Source: Felis catus (taxonomy: Eukaryota). Taken from it: a stretch of DNA of 64,000 nt. The stretch lies in contig NC_058368.1 in the NCBI RefSeq assembly GCF_018350175.1, forward strand, positions 97,900,001 to 97,964,000, read 5' to 3'. The notes below the pieces were generated by a model. That model saw only the letters and a list, made by a program, of their open reading frames with translations. It made no database searches and was not told where the DNA came from. Shown here in pieces: positions 11,298-23,348 of this stretch (position 1 is the first letter of the stretch; every line of letters starts with the position of its first letter). The translations under genes were made by a program, and so were the position numbers.

Positions 11298-12260
11298 ACA
11301 AGCACCTATCTGATAAAGGGTTAGTATTCAAAATATGTACAGTACTTAGGAACTTCAACACCCCAAAAATGAATAAGCCAATTAAAAATGGGCAGGAGAC
11401 TTGAGTAGACATTTTTCCAAAGAAGACATACAGATGGCCAACAGACATGCGAAAAGATGCTCAATGACATCGGTCATTATCAGGAAAATGCACGTCAAAA
11501 CTACAGTGATTTAGCACTTCACACCTGTAAGAATGGCTAAAGTCAACAACTCAAGAAACAACAGGTGTTGCCAAGGATGCAGCAAAAGGGGAGCTCTCTT
11601 GCCCTGCTGGTGGGAATGCAAACTGGTGCAGCTACTCTGGAAAACAGTATGGAGGTTCCTGAAAAAGTTAAAAATGGGACTACCCTACGATCCAGCACTC
11701 ACACTACTAGGTAGTGTATTCTTACCCAAAGAATACAAAGATACTAATTTGAAGGGATAAATGCACCCTGATGTTTATAGCAGCATTGTCTACAGTAGCC
11801 TCATCATGGAAACAGTGCAAGCATCCGTTGACTGATGAATGGATAAAGAATATGTGGTGTATTTATGCAATAGAATATTATCCAGCCATAAAAAAAGAAT
11901 GAAATCTTACTATTTGCAAAGACATGGATGGAGCTAGAGAGTATTATGCTAAGCCAAGTACTTCAGTCAAAGACAAATACCATATGACTCACTCGTGGAA
12001 TTTGAAGAAACAAAACAAATGAGCAAAGGGGAAAAAAAAGAGAGGCAAACCAAGAAATAGGCTCTTAACTGTAGAGAACAAATTATGGTTACCCGAGGGG
12101 AGGTGAGTTGGAGAGATGGGTTAAATAGGTGATAGGGATTAAGGAGTGCACTTGTGATGAGCACCAGGTGTTGTATGGAATCAGTGAATCCCTAACTTGT
12201 ACACTGAAACCAATATTATACTGTATATTACTAAGTGGAATTTAAATAAAAACTTTTAAA
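11298..12260 (+). mobile_element. Older carnivore L1, ORF2 C-terminus remnant plus 3' UTR
   Basis: Translation [31 protein letters not shown] is the L1 ORF2 C-terminus with frameshifts; ends in an aataaa/A-rich tail. Confidence 0.9.
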
Positions 12261-13292
12261 ATATGTGTAACAACCAGAGTGCAAAAAGTACTCCTAATCA
12301 TGGCACCACCCCCAATATCCTGTGGTTTGAAAGTAACGGAATTCCCCGAGTAGGGATATGCTGTTTATCTTCATTATTCATCACCGGATGGATATCATTT
12401 GTAATTTCCAAATAGCTACTGTTTTTAGAGCCTTCTTACTTTCCGTTTCTGAAGGTCCCTCATTACCAATTCCTTTGATCTTGGGAATCTTCTACAAACC
12501 ACCTATTACCACAAAATGTTACTATAACAAAACATAATAGTATTCTCCATGGGATTTGTTGTCCCAGGATGTGACCTTCATTGCCTTTCCTTGCTTGTGG
12601 CTTAGGAAGCGCAAGTGGACGCACTGTCTTCCTAGCTTGTGGCTTAACTGAACTCAAATTTCCTCCTGCTGATCACCTCAAAGCTTTTGTCTAGAAATTA
12701 AGCTGGTGAAGTAACGGAAGCCTTTCCCCCATGATAGGCCTTTCCTTCGATACAAACTGAAAATGAGCTAAGATAACGTTAGAAGACTTGAAGTTTGCAG
12801 GTTTTAAGAATGATTTGGAGAATCAGGAGTAAAAAGGGATTCCTACATGAGAATATGAAATGTGATTTCTCCCCAGATACCATGTAACAGGGATTAGAAT
12901 TTAGGTTTACTCTATGGGAGAGCACAGTTGTACTTGACCACTTTGAAGTTCTAACACTCAGATGCTCTTTGGAAATCTATTTTAAAGTTCTAGCTGAATA
13001 TCTGAGAATAAAATTGCCACTTGGTGGAATGTAGAATGTGAAGGGGTAAAACAAAAGTCAGGCTGGGATGATCCTGCCGAACAGAAACTGCCCCCTCCGT
13101 GATCGGGCAGCGTGAATGGAAGTCAGACTGGGAAAGGACATAGAAGCAGAGGTGGTTTCATAGTGTCAACCACAAAGGGTCAGGTGCTAAAATAAGAGCT
13201 TCTCGTGAAAGCCCACACTGTAGGAATGGCGGGGCCACCAGTGTGGGAAGTCTCTTCGTTTCTCGTACACGGGCTGGAATTATGAAGATATT

Positions 13293-13504
13293 AAAAAAAA
13301 TTTTTTTTAATCTTTATTTCTGAGAGAGAAAGAGACAGCATATGAGCAGGAGAAGAGCAGAGAGAGGAGACACAGAATCTGAAGCAGGCTCCAGGCTCTG
13401 AGCCATCAGCACAGAGCCCGACACGGGGCTCGAACTCGCAAACTGTGAGATCATGACCTGAGCTGAAGTCGGATGCTCAACTGACTGAGCCACCCAGGTG
13501 CCCC
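13293..13504 (-). mobile_element. Can-SINE
   Basis: SINEC structure; TSD tggaattatga(a/c)gatatt. Confidence 0.92.
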
Positions 13505-13674
13505 TGGAATTATGACGATATTACGACATAGGTTTTTCTCGGAAGGAGGTGGACTATGAAATTCTTTAAATAGCATTTCCAGAGCTGATTACATATTCAT
13601 GCTAACAAAGCCATATCCGTTCATCTAGGGAACTTTGAAAACAATAGAAGAATGTATGTGCTGGTATCTGTCAG

Positions 13675-13885
13675 ACCTGGGTTGGTATCTATTACTTCAG
13701 TAAATTACTTAACCCATATTATTTAATCTTAAGTAATAAGTAATTATTTAATGTCCTCATCTGGGAATTAGAGATGATAATAATAGGACTGGTGTGAATA
13801 ATAAATGTGATCATGGATGTTGGCCCCTCTGGGCAGTACCTGGCAAACAGGAGGTGTCAAATAAATAGTAATCAGCAACCATTAT
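13675..13885 (+). mobile_element. MIR
   Basis: cctcatctgg...gagatgataataat...cagtacctggca...caaataaat is MIR core and tail. Confidence 0.6.
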
Positions 13886-14009
13886 TCAAATTATGAAGAA
13901 CAGTGAGTCTCGGGCTTTTGGGGAGAGACATTTCTTATTATCTTTACTCACCTGCTAAGATCACTTGTGAAACCTTCAGGATTTGCTTTTTGCTACTTGT
14001 CTCCCTGGT

Positions 14010-14690
14010 AATTTGTGCAGTGCCCTTCCCATACCTTTTACACGTTACCATTTTGTGCACTTGGCAGACTTCCAACTTGCCAGTGTCTGCCATTTTCTAG
14101 TCCAAGAGTTTCTCCTGACACTGTAGAAGTCTGCTCTGCTTGTCCAGATGGCAGGAGGAAATGAGGGGAATTAATAATTCCTCAGGAGCAGCCCTCTACC
14201 AGTGATTGGTACATAAATGTCCCAGCTCCCTTGCCCTTTTGGTAGGACCATTGCATTTCTCAGAGTTTTTTCCATGGATTAGCCCTACTTTCCTACACTG
14301 TCACCTGGCTAATAACACACTTTTCAGTGCTGGCCTTCTCTTCCCTATCTCTCTTTCTTACTTCCTTACTGGGATTTCTTCCATTTCTTAAATTAACTGT
14401 TGGAACCAGAATATTTTTTTTTAAGTTTATTTATTTATTTTGAGGCAGATGGAGACAGCAAAAGGGGGAAAAGGACAGAGAGAGAGGGAGACAGAGAATC
14501 CCAAGCAGTCTCTGCACTGTTAGCACAGAGCCTGATGTGGGGCTCGAACTCATGAAACTGTGAGTTCAGGACCTGAGCTGAAACCAAGAGTCAGACACTT
14601 AACCAACAGAGCCACCCAGGCACCCCACCCCCCCAAGGAACCAGATTGTTTATTACTGGGTTTGGTTCTGGAGGAACCCATCCAAAGTCA
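14010..14690 (+). mobile_element. LTR16-like (ERVL) solo LTR interrupted by a SINE
   Basis: ggagcagccctctaccagtgattgg ... gggtttggttctggaggaacccatccaaagtca resembles the LTR16 3' end. Confidence 0.55.
14413..14626 (-). mobile_element. Can-SINE
   Basis: SINEC structure; ggaaccaga repeated on both flanks. Confidence 0.9.
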
Positions 14691-15270
14691 TTTTCTTGAG
14701 ATGAAAAGTTATCAAGTTGTCTTCTAGCAGAAGATATTAACTAAGAGAGAAACTGAAGTTTTCTTTATGGTTAACTCATAATTCGCTACACACGTTATTT
14801 GCTTACAGTATTGTTTAAATAATTATATAATATAGGAGTGATACAAAAAGCACAAGGACACAACTGATCTTATAATTGAATGCATTTACTTGAAGCATCT
14901 ACGAATAGGCTTCAGTTATACAAAATGCTAAGGGAAAAGTAATCTAAAATAAAACAGTTTATGACTTAGGAATAATTAAAATATCGTTTGCAGTCACTGA
15001 GTCCTGCTGAATCTTTTGAGTGCACACAATAGTGGTTGGTGTCATGGGGAAACTAAATTAAGTTGAGAGTTATTGACTAAATTTAAAAGAATGGATATGG
15101 TTGGGGAATGGGTGGTCCTTCATATTTTTTTAGTTCTTATTTACAAAAAAATATATAATAAAAAGTGCTAATATCCGCTCTTTCCACATTGTTCTCTTTT
15201 TTTGAGGAATGAAAGAGAAAAATGGAAACAAAGTGGAAGCTCTTTCTTAAAGTCATTTTATTGATATTCC

Positions 15271-15474
15271 TTTTTTTAATGCTTATTTATTTATCTTGAG
15301 AGAGAGCCAGAGAGTGTGAGTGGAGGAGGGACAGAGACAGACATGGAATCTGAAGCAGACTCTAGGCTCTGAGCTGTCAGCACAGAGCCCGATGCGGGGC
15401 TTGAGCTCACGAATCCCGAGATATGAGCTGAGCCGAAGTCGGACACTTAACCAACTGAGCCACCCAGGTGCACC
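15271..15474 (-). mobile_element. Can-SINE
   Basis: SINEC structure; TSD tttattgatattc. Confidence 0.9.
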
Positions 15475-15689
15475 ACTTTATTGATATTCTTAAAGACAAG
15501 TTTAACTGAGGAGTAATTATTGTATAACTTACAGGAGTAGCTTTATTTTGAATTTGGAACATAGCTTTATAAGGTAAATAAATAGAGGCAAAAGGAAGAG
15601 ATTGAATAGGGCAGGAAGGCTAAGGGCAGAGCTGAAAGTCATGTAGTCATGTATGATCACAACTCAACATTGAACAGCTACTTTAATTC

Positions 15690-15883
15690 TTTTTTTTAAA
15701 TGTTTATTTATTTTGAGAGAGAGGAGGGGAGGAGCAGAGAGAGGGAGAGAGAGAATCTTGAGCAGGCTCCGTGCTGTCACTGCAGAGTCAGATGCAGGGC
15801 TTGATCTCATGAGTCGTGAGATCATGACCTGAGCGGAAATCAAGAGTTGGATGCTTTAACCTATTGAGTCACCCAGGCTCCCC
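15690..15883 (-). mobile_element. Can-SINE
   Basis: SINEC structure; TSD ctactttaattctt. Confidence 0.9.
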
Positions 15884-16294
15884 GCAACTACTTTAATTCT
15901 TTATCAGAAATACAAAATCCAGGCCAGAAGCACACAGTATTTATGATAAATGCTGATAACATGATATTATTATTATCAGACCTGTTTGCATTCTTTCTGA
16001 TACAGATGATGTCTCAATTTCATTTTGCCTGAAACTTACTTTTCTAGTTTTATACATTGACTACATATTTGATTTTGAAAAGCTGTTCCAGCTGTGTTTC
16101 AGGCTGGCATGATGTGAAAAGTGTCCTTCTCTTACTAGTGACGCTTACTCACTTACTCACGCTTACTCACACTTACTCAATGAAAAATGATAACTTTTCA
16201 TTTTGTATTGGGCAAAATACAGCTTGGATGACACAGTTGATTTTTGACTCTACTGACCAGGATGATTCGAAAATATCAGTGGTTATAGAGTAGC

Positions 16295-16296
<2 letters not shown>

Positions 16297-16330
<34 letters not shown>
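16297..16330. repeat. Poly(T) tract
   Basis: Seen directly. Confidence 0.9.
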
Positions 16331-16332
<2 letters not shown>

Positions 16333-16517
16333 CTTGTGAGTCCTATTTTCTGATAGAATATTGTGTAGAACTCTGTACTCTATTATGGGAATCCTGAGTC
16401 AATGTACAGGTAGTTGAAAATGTAACAGAGTATGCTCTCAGGACACTCTATAATTATTATCTATCCAGAAGGTATAGTGGGAAAATTTCTTTTCAAATTT
16501 GTACCACCAACAATATC

Positions 16518-16518
<1 letters not shown>

Positions 16519-16551
<33 letters not shown>

Positions 16552-16760
16552 TTTTTTCAACATTTATTTATTTTTGGGACAGAGAGAGACAGAGCATGAA
16601 CAGGGGAGGGGCAGAGAGAGAGGGAGACACAGAATCAGAAACAGGCTCCAGGCTCTGAGCCATCAGCCCAGAGCCTGACGCGGGGCTCGAACTCATGGAC
16701 TGCGAGATCGTGACCTAGCTGAAGTCGGACGCTTAACCGACTGCGCCACCCAGGCGCCCC
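16519..16760 (-). mobile_element. Young felid SINEC_Fc
   Basis: Many CpGs retained, long tail, perfect 19-bp TSD TGTACCACCAACAATATCT (16500-16518 and 16761-16779). Confidence 0.95.
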
Positions 16761-17497
16761 TGTACCACCAACAATATCTAACTACTGCTTGTCTTTCTTA
16801 TAAACATCAAAGACAAGAAGGACACAAAATCTTTAATAAATACAAAATTTATTAAAATATTTATTTTAATAAAATAAATGTGATTTGTCAATCACATTTC
16901 CAGTGTTATCTGTTGGAAATTAATGTATCATGGAACAGTTGACTAATATGTGATAAGCTTGTGTTCCAGGCAGATGAATCTGAATCTTACATGGTTTATA
17001 AATGGGAGGAGCACAGTATTATAGAAACTGGGTTATTGGTTTGAGAGAACTGAGTTCTCTCACCATATCAACCTTATGGAAGGTATAGTTTACTGTGATA
17101 AGGTCAAAGGCCATGCACATGGCAGATTAAGCCAGGAGATGTCAGGCCAGGGGATGTTTGAGGAACGACTACTCTCCATTGTCCTCTGTTCTGTCTGAGA
17201 TCCTGTATGATTTTGTGATCTCCCAACATGATTGCAAAATCTGCCATTAACCAACCAGGCTTGTAAACTGGCTTTAATAATTTCTTCTTATACTGTCTCA
17301 CTGCACTGCCCACAAGCTACTGAATGAGACCATGTGTCATACATGTCCAATAGGGATGGCTTAGCACACAGGCCTTTCATGGACATGAGGCCCTTGTTAT
17401 ACATCTCTAGATATAAATGTAAGCCAGATACTAGCTTAAAAAAAAAAAAAAAGACCAGGGCCATTTGATACCCTTACTAATATATAACATAGTTAAA

Positions 17498-17522
17498 TTT
17501 TTTTAAATTATTATTTATTTTT

Positions 17523-17554
<32 letters not shown>

Positions 17555-17721
17555 ACCCAAGCCGGGGAGGGGTAGGGAGAGAGGCAGACACAGAATCTGA
17601 AGCAGGCTCCAGGCTCTAAGCTGTCAGCACAGAGCCCGATCAGGGCTCGAAGTCATGAAAGGTGTGATCATGACCTAAGCTGAAGTCAGATGCTTAACCA
17701 ACTGAGACATCCAGGTGCCCC
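17498..17721 (-). mobile_element. Can-SINE
   Basis: SINEC structure. Confidence 0.9.
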
Positions 17722-19477
17722 AATAAATATTTAAAGAAAATTCATTTGTATGCACAGATTTGGTAGGAATAGCTTTAAACTGAGGTTTGCACACAAGAAT
17801 GAGTCAACCAGGCAGTATCTTGGAAGGGAATTCACCAAAATGTGTTCAAATTTGATACATAGCGCCTATGAGTTAGTGATTCCTAGTATAGTCTTACAGT
17901 GTTAAAAATATACATTAAAAATTAAAAAAAATTGGACCAAATATCTGTACCTAACACCTGTAACATCTAGGCAGAATTTTAGGGCTTCTAGAAACCCTTT
18001 TTAGATGCTTTAACGTAAATCCTAAAATGAGGTTTGGAGAACCTTGGAGAATTTGGATTATTGCCATTTTACATATGGAGAATAACAAACCAAACAAAAT
18101 GAGCTAGGCCTCATTACATTGTAACTTAATGGCCGGACTGAAAAGCGGAGCTTAGGGTTTATGTGGTGAAGTTAAGAAATCTAATGAGTTAAACTTCAGG
18201 TAAGTACCGTTTAGCTCTGAATTTCCAGACTGGAGCTGTATTATTGAATTTGGTGTAAAAATTCATTTCATTCAAGTGGGAACTATTAGTTGCTCAAAAA
18301 TCACAGTGGAATATAATTTCCTATTTGACTTTGCTCCAAATCCATGTCTGATGGCTTGGCAATGATAAAAAATTAAAGTGTAAAGATATGTGCAGGAATA
18401 ATAATTAGTCTGTGAGGACAGAACTAGTAACAGGTAGGAATTGTAGGCTACTGTCTTAGGCTATGAAGTCATCCGTAATCATCTTGCTAACAGTTTTGGA
18501 GCCATGATGTTGTGCTGAATGTCAAGTATTAACCGACTCAGTTTGTAGGTTGTGAAGTCTCTGTAGGAAGCAAAGTGTTGTTTGCTTTTCCCCTGAATTG
18601 TTGCTGAAGTACATTCCCAAAAGATTATCATTTTAAATGATCATCATTAAAAAAAGTCTTTTTCCTCTGAGAATAAAATTTGGAACATTCTACTCTAGAC
18701 TGAAGGTTTGGGTGGCTTCCTGTATGTAAGCTCATGGTCATGGGCAATTTTGAACTTTCCCCTCTCCTCATCACGGGAAGTCGGGAGGAGCCCAGACAAG
18801 GTGCTCGTGGTGGAAATGCATGAGAAAGATTGGATAGTAGAAGAAAACATAGGAGTAGGTATTCACTAAAACCATTTAATGTGCTCATTCAGAAGATAAA
18901 TCTGAAGGATGTGAAAAGATCTAGAAATGGAAGACAACGCCAAAAGTAGAACTGGGGCAATATACATTCAGGTGCGCACGGAGCATGGAAGGGTCTGTTT
19001 TTGTATTTATTGGTTTTTGAGTGTGTGGCTTACTTGTTGTGGAGAGCAGGTGTGAACATAAGCTTTGTGTATGTGCAATACTCTTGTTTCCTCTTGCTGC
19101 AAATCCCTGGCCTCGGGTAGGATTAAATTCAGTAATGGTTAGTGGGTGTGACTCAACAAAGGAGCAGATCTCAAGAAGCAGTTCAGTTAAAGAACTTTAT
19201 TCAGTAACTAATAATTGCATGAGAAGATAAGGCATGTTTTCAGCTGACACATACAAACAATGGAAACATTTTACACGAAAAACAGGCCATCTCTGCTACA
19301 CATGTTTGCGCTCACTGGGATAACAATCCCAGGAGAAATAAAGTATTTTTCAGTTAGTTGGGTTGTTATCAAGTTCCTACCACTGTACTCCTGAAAGTGC
19401 TTTTTTTTCCCCCCGTATGAATACTTGCAGACTTTGTAGAGTAGATACAATGAGCTGGACCACGTATTCCCTGTAGG

Positions 19478-19569
19478 TAAAATAAATAAAATAAATAAAA
19501 TAAAATAAAATAAAATAAAATAAAATAAAATAAAATAAAATAAAATAAAATAAAATAAAATAAATAAAA
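19478..19569. repeat. (TAAAA)n pentanucleotide array
   Basis: Seen directly; flanked by direct repeat CCCTGTAGGTAAAA. Confidence 0.95.
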
Positions 19570-20791
19570 GTTTTACCCTGTAGGTAAAACTAGGACCCAA
19601 GTGCATTGTGAATGACCAAGCATTCGTTTTATTCCAAGGAGGGTGTTGGGTAAGTGCTTCTGGTTGTGGGCCAGATGTTGTTTGACAACCCAAGGTAGTG
19701 GCCACAGAGACCGGCCGTGTCACCTCAGAAAGGGTGTGTTTGCCAACACCGTCACTCCTTCTGGGGGCCATCTTTCTCATCATTTGCCACACGTCTCCCA
19801 CAAAGTTGTTTTAGATGACAGATGCTTCTCGCACGGAAGCTTTGAGTTAACTACCTTTCTAGAGATTCTTTTCCAGCTCAAGCTGGGATTACTGGAGCCG
19901 TTCGGCAAATGAGCATGGACTGGACCAGCTGTTCCATTTCTCACACGCTGAGACCCTTCAACTTGTTGGATGCCTGGTACTATTTGTCAGCACAGGTGCT
20001 GCAGGTGGAAAGCTATTAAACTGTCATTTATGCTGCATTTATCTAGAGGCATGCAAGTCTCCCGGAGCTGGAAAGGGTTATGCTCTTAAGTGAGAGGATT
20101 CAAAGGAAGTTTACATCTTGGGGTGAGAAGCAGACGTGTAGGCAAAGACCCTGTTTGCTGATAACGCCTCCTTGGTTTCTGGGCTCCTTCAGTGCTTTGT
20201 CCCCCCGCTGCCCCTCCAGATGCCGCTGTGCTGGATTCATTAGCGGATTAACCCTCCTTTTCATTTTCATGCGAGTAATAAACACTGGTCTCATTGGTGT
20301 GCTGCTGACTTTGCACTTGTTTTGAATTTGCTAGCTGGCTGCAGTTTATCCTTTAAGGCACATCTGAAATTATCTTTTTTTTTTTTTGATGCAGTGTGAA
20401 GAAAAGTGATTAGAGATGGTCTGAAAGACTAGACCACTACACGAATGGATGACTCCCCCCCCCCAAAAAAAAAAAAACAAAACAAAACAAACCAAAAACA
20501 ACATCTGGAAGAGAAGCAGGTGGGATAAATACTTCCTGGCAGGGTAGGGCAGGTCTATTGTGGGTGTGCTTGGGAGACAAATATGGAAATCCTTTAGCCT
20601 TCCTATTAGAGACTGGGAGGTAAAAGGACATCTTTCAAGTTCTGTTAATTTGTTTAAGAAATGACCTCATCCTTGCATCTGAATGTGTCTGGATGCAAGT
20701 CCCAGTTGAATGGAACCCGTTGGACTCCTGATGTTATGGTGGAGCACTGCTATACCTCCTTAGTGAGATGCCTGAATAAGGTGGGTCTTTT

Positions 20792-20924
20792 TCTTTTTTT
20801 TTTTTTTTTTAATTTATGTATTTATTTTGAGAGAGAGAGAGAATGAGAGAGAGTGAGAGACAGAGAGAATGTGCTCATGAGCAGGGGAAGGGCAGAGGGA
20901 GAGAAAGAGAATCCCAGGTGGCCC
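20792..20924 (-). mobile_element. Internally deleted Can-SINE
   Basis: Tail and (GA)n body join the extreme 5' head directly (gaatcccag|gtggccc); TSD aagg(tg/ca)ggtctttt. Confidence 0.8.
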
Positions 20925-21114
20925 AAGGCAGGTCTTTTAAATTACTCTGTTTCCTTTGGAAAGGAGGTTAAAAGAGTAGCTTTGTATCTTAGGGAATCTA
21001 TGGCATGTCAGTGCATCTTGCAGTGATATTCCTTCTACTCTATTTTTTTCCCTACCACCTCCTTCTCAGAATATACAGAAGACAGAGGTTTCCTAGTCTC
21101 CTTTTACCGTTGGC

Positions 21115-21159
21115 TTTTTTTTTTTTTAGTTTATTTTTTGAGAGAGAGAGACAGAGCAG

Positions 21160-21193
<34 letters not shown>

Positions 21194-21336
21194 CCCAAGT
21201 AGATTCTGTACTGTCAGCGTGGAGCCCGAGATAAGGCAGAGTCCAGCATGAGGCTGGAACCCACCAACTGTGGGATCATGACCTGAGCCAAAATCAAGAG
21301 TCTGACGCTTAACCAACTGAACCACCCAGGCACCCC
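21115..21336 (-). mobile_element. Can-SINE
   Basis: SINEC structure. Confidence 0.9.
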
Positions 21337-21616
21337 ACCACTGGGTTTTAAAACACCGTGTCCCTTGCCCTATGCCAAGCATGCAGCCTTCATTACCTCT
21401 TGTAATACCCCAATAAGCAGCAGAGGTAAACATTGTCAACATTGTGTTACAGACAGAAAACTGAGGTGTAGAGGGGTAAAAAAAAAAAACTCAGGCCATG
21501 TAAATAGAAAGTGATACAGACCCATGCCTCATTACAAAAGCCAGAAGCCACCCGTCCACCACTTGACTGATCTGCATTAATGCTGAATCCAGGCTTTCTT
21601 TAAAGAGGTTTGGAGA

Positions 21617-21773
21617 GGGCTGCCTGGGTGGCTCACTTGGTTAAATGTCAGACTCTTGACCTGGGCTCAGGTCATGATCTCATGGTTTGTGGGTTTGAGT
21701 CCTGTATTGGGCTCTGTGTTGACAATGAGAAGCTTGCTTGGGATCCTCTCTCTCCCTCTCTCTGCCATGCTCA

Positions 21774-21819
<46 letters not shown>

Positions 21820-21848
21820 ATAAGTATATAAACTTCATTTAAAAAAAA
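21617..21848 (+). mobile_element. Can-SINE
   Basis: SINEC structure; TSD ending gtttggaga. Confidence 0.9.
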
Positions 21849-23154
21849 GTTTGGAGAAAGAGAGACCAAGTCCTTGACTTGTGTTGAAAAGGAATTACAC
21901 AGACCTGAATCTCAAAATACTTTTAGATTAATAAAACAAGAAACAATGAGAAGTCCACGTATTTTCAGGGCTCAGAATAGTTGCTATTCCCCTTGTCTTG
22001 TATCCATTTTATCAAGTATGAATTGATTACATTTCAATTAAAAAAAAAAAAAGAACCACTGAAACATAAAGTGGGACAATTTAAAGTCATCTTTTTGAGA
22101 TTTGACAGTCAGCATTTTACTTCCCTTTGTTGCTATGTCATAAGGCCAAATATAGATCTGATTACAAAATGTGGTTTTATTCCTCTCCATATTCTAGACA
22201 GACAGTGTGTTAAGCTGTAGTGACCTCTACTCAAAAGAGACGTGGTTGGCGAGTCACAGAATGTGGGCAATTACTCACCCAACAAGCACTGCTTCTGTGG
22301 ATTGATAGACATCTTTAGCTAAAACATAGTAGTCATCTAGGAGAACTTAGCAAGGTTGAATGTTGAGAAACAATAGTTGCGTGGGTCTTGTGGGTTGTTG
22401 TCGTGAAGTCAGTCATCATTATGCAGGTCGGAGTTTGTCAAAACCTCAAACACAGAAATGGCGCCATAACTTTCTGAACTGGAATGTGGCTTTGAGAGAG
22501 TGAATGTTCAGCAACTGGAGGCCAAGAAGAGTTCCATTTTAAAGAGGAAAAACCCATAGGTCAATTACATATTGCCCACCTGGCCAGGTCTTTGCCTCTG
22601 ATGCTTGGCATGTTTTTGGACTCAGTACCCCCTTTTGGCGTGTGCTTCAAGCATGTGGGCAGGTGTTTGGGTACCACTCATCAAGGGGGGTCTGCTGTTG
22701 GCTGCTGGCACTGACCAGCACCTCCTCGTGTATCTTCCTGCCCTTCTTACCCTGCATGAGAGATCACAGCTCTATTTTCTTCCTTCACTGCTAACTTCAG
22801 TCATGGTTGGGGGTTGTATCCTCTGTTGCCACCATTAATTTGGGAGCTTTGCATCTTCTTTTGAAGCTGGTTGTTTCAAGATTTGAGAATGTATATACTT
22901 AAACCTTGCCAAAAGCTTACTTGGCACAATGGTTCTTGCAAATTCTTCTTCACGTTTGAAACCAAAAAAAAAAAAAAAAAAAAAAAAAATTCTGAGTCAG
23001 TTCTGTCTTATTTTGTTGTGATTTTCTCTTACATTTTGTGAATTTCCTATTAATTCTCAATTCATTCAAGTATCAAATTTGGTATGTCCTGTATCCACTG
23101 TTCGTTTTACATTCCTCATTATCCACTGATATTTAAATTCCTGTAAGCATGTTT

Positions 23155-23348
23155 TTTTTTTAATTAATTTTTTTGAAGTTTATTTATTTATTTTGAGGGA
23201 GAGAGAGAGAGAGCACATGCATGAACATGGCAGAGAGAGGGAGAGAGAGGATCCCAAGCAGGCTCCACACTGTCAGTGAGCCCAACGCAGGGCTTGAACT
23301 CATGAGCCCAAATTGGACCCCTAACAAACTGAGCCACCCAGGCGCCGC
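23155..23348 (-). mobile_element. Can-SINE
   Basis: SINEC structure; TSD TCCTGTAAGCATGTTT. Confidence 0.9.

Noticed and set aside
18005..18205. Perfect plus-strand donor CAG|GTAAGT at 18199/18200
   Set aside because: Isolated site with no convincing ORF or partner exon; expected by chance in 64 kb.
19271..19801. 176-aa ORF, the longest in the track
   Set aside because: Kept open by the (TTTTA)n array (FILFY repeats); no recognisable protein.
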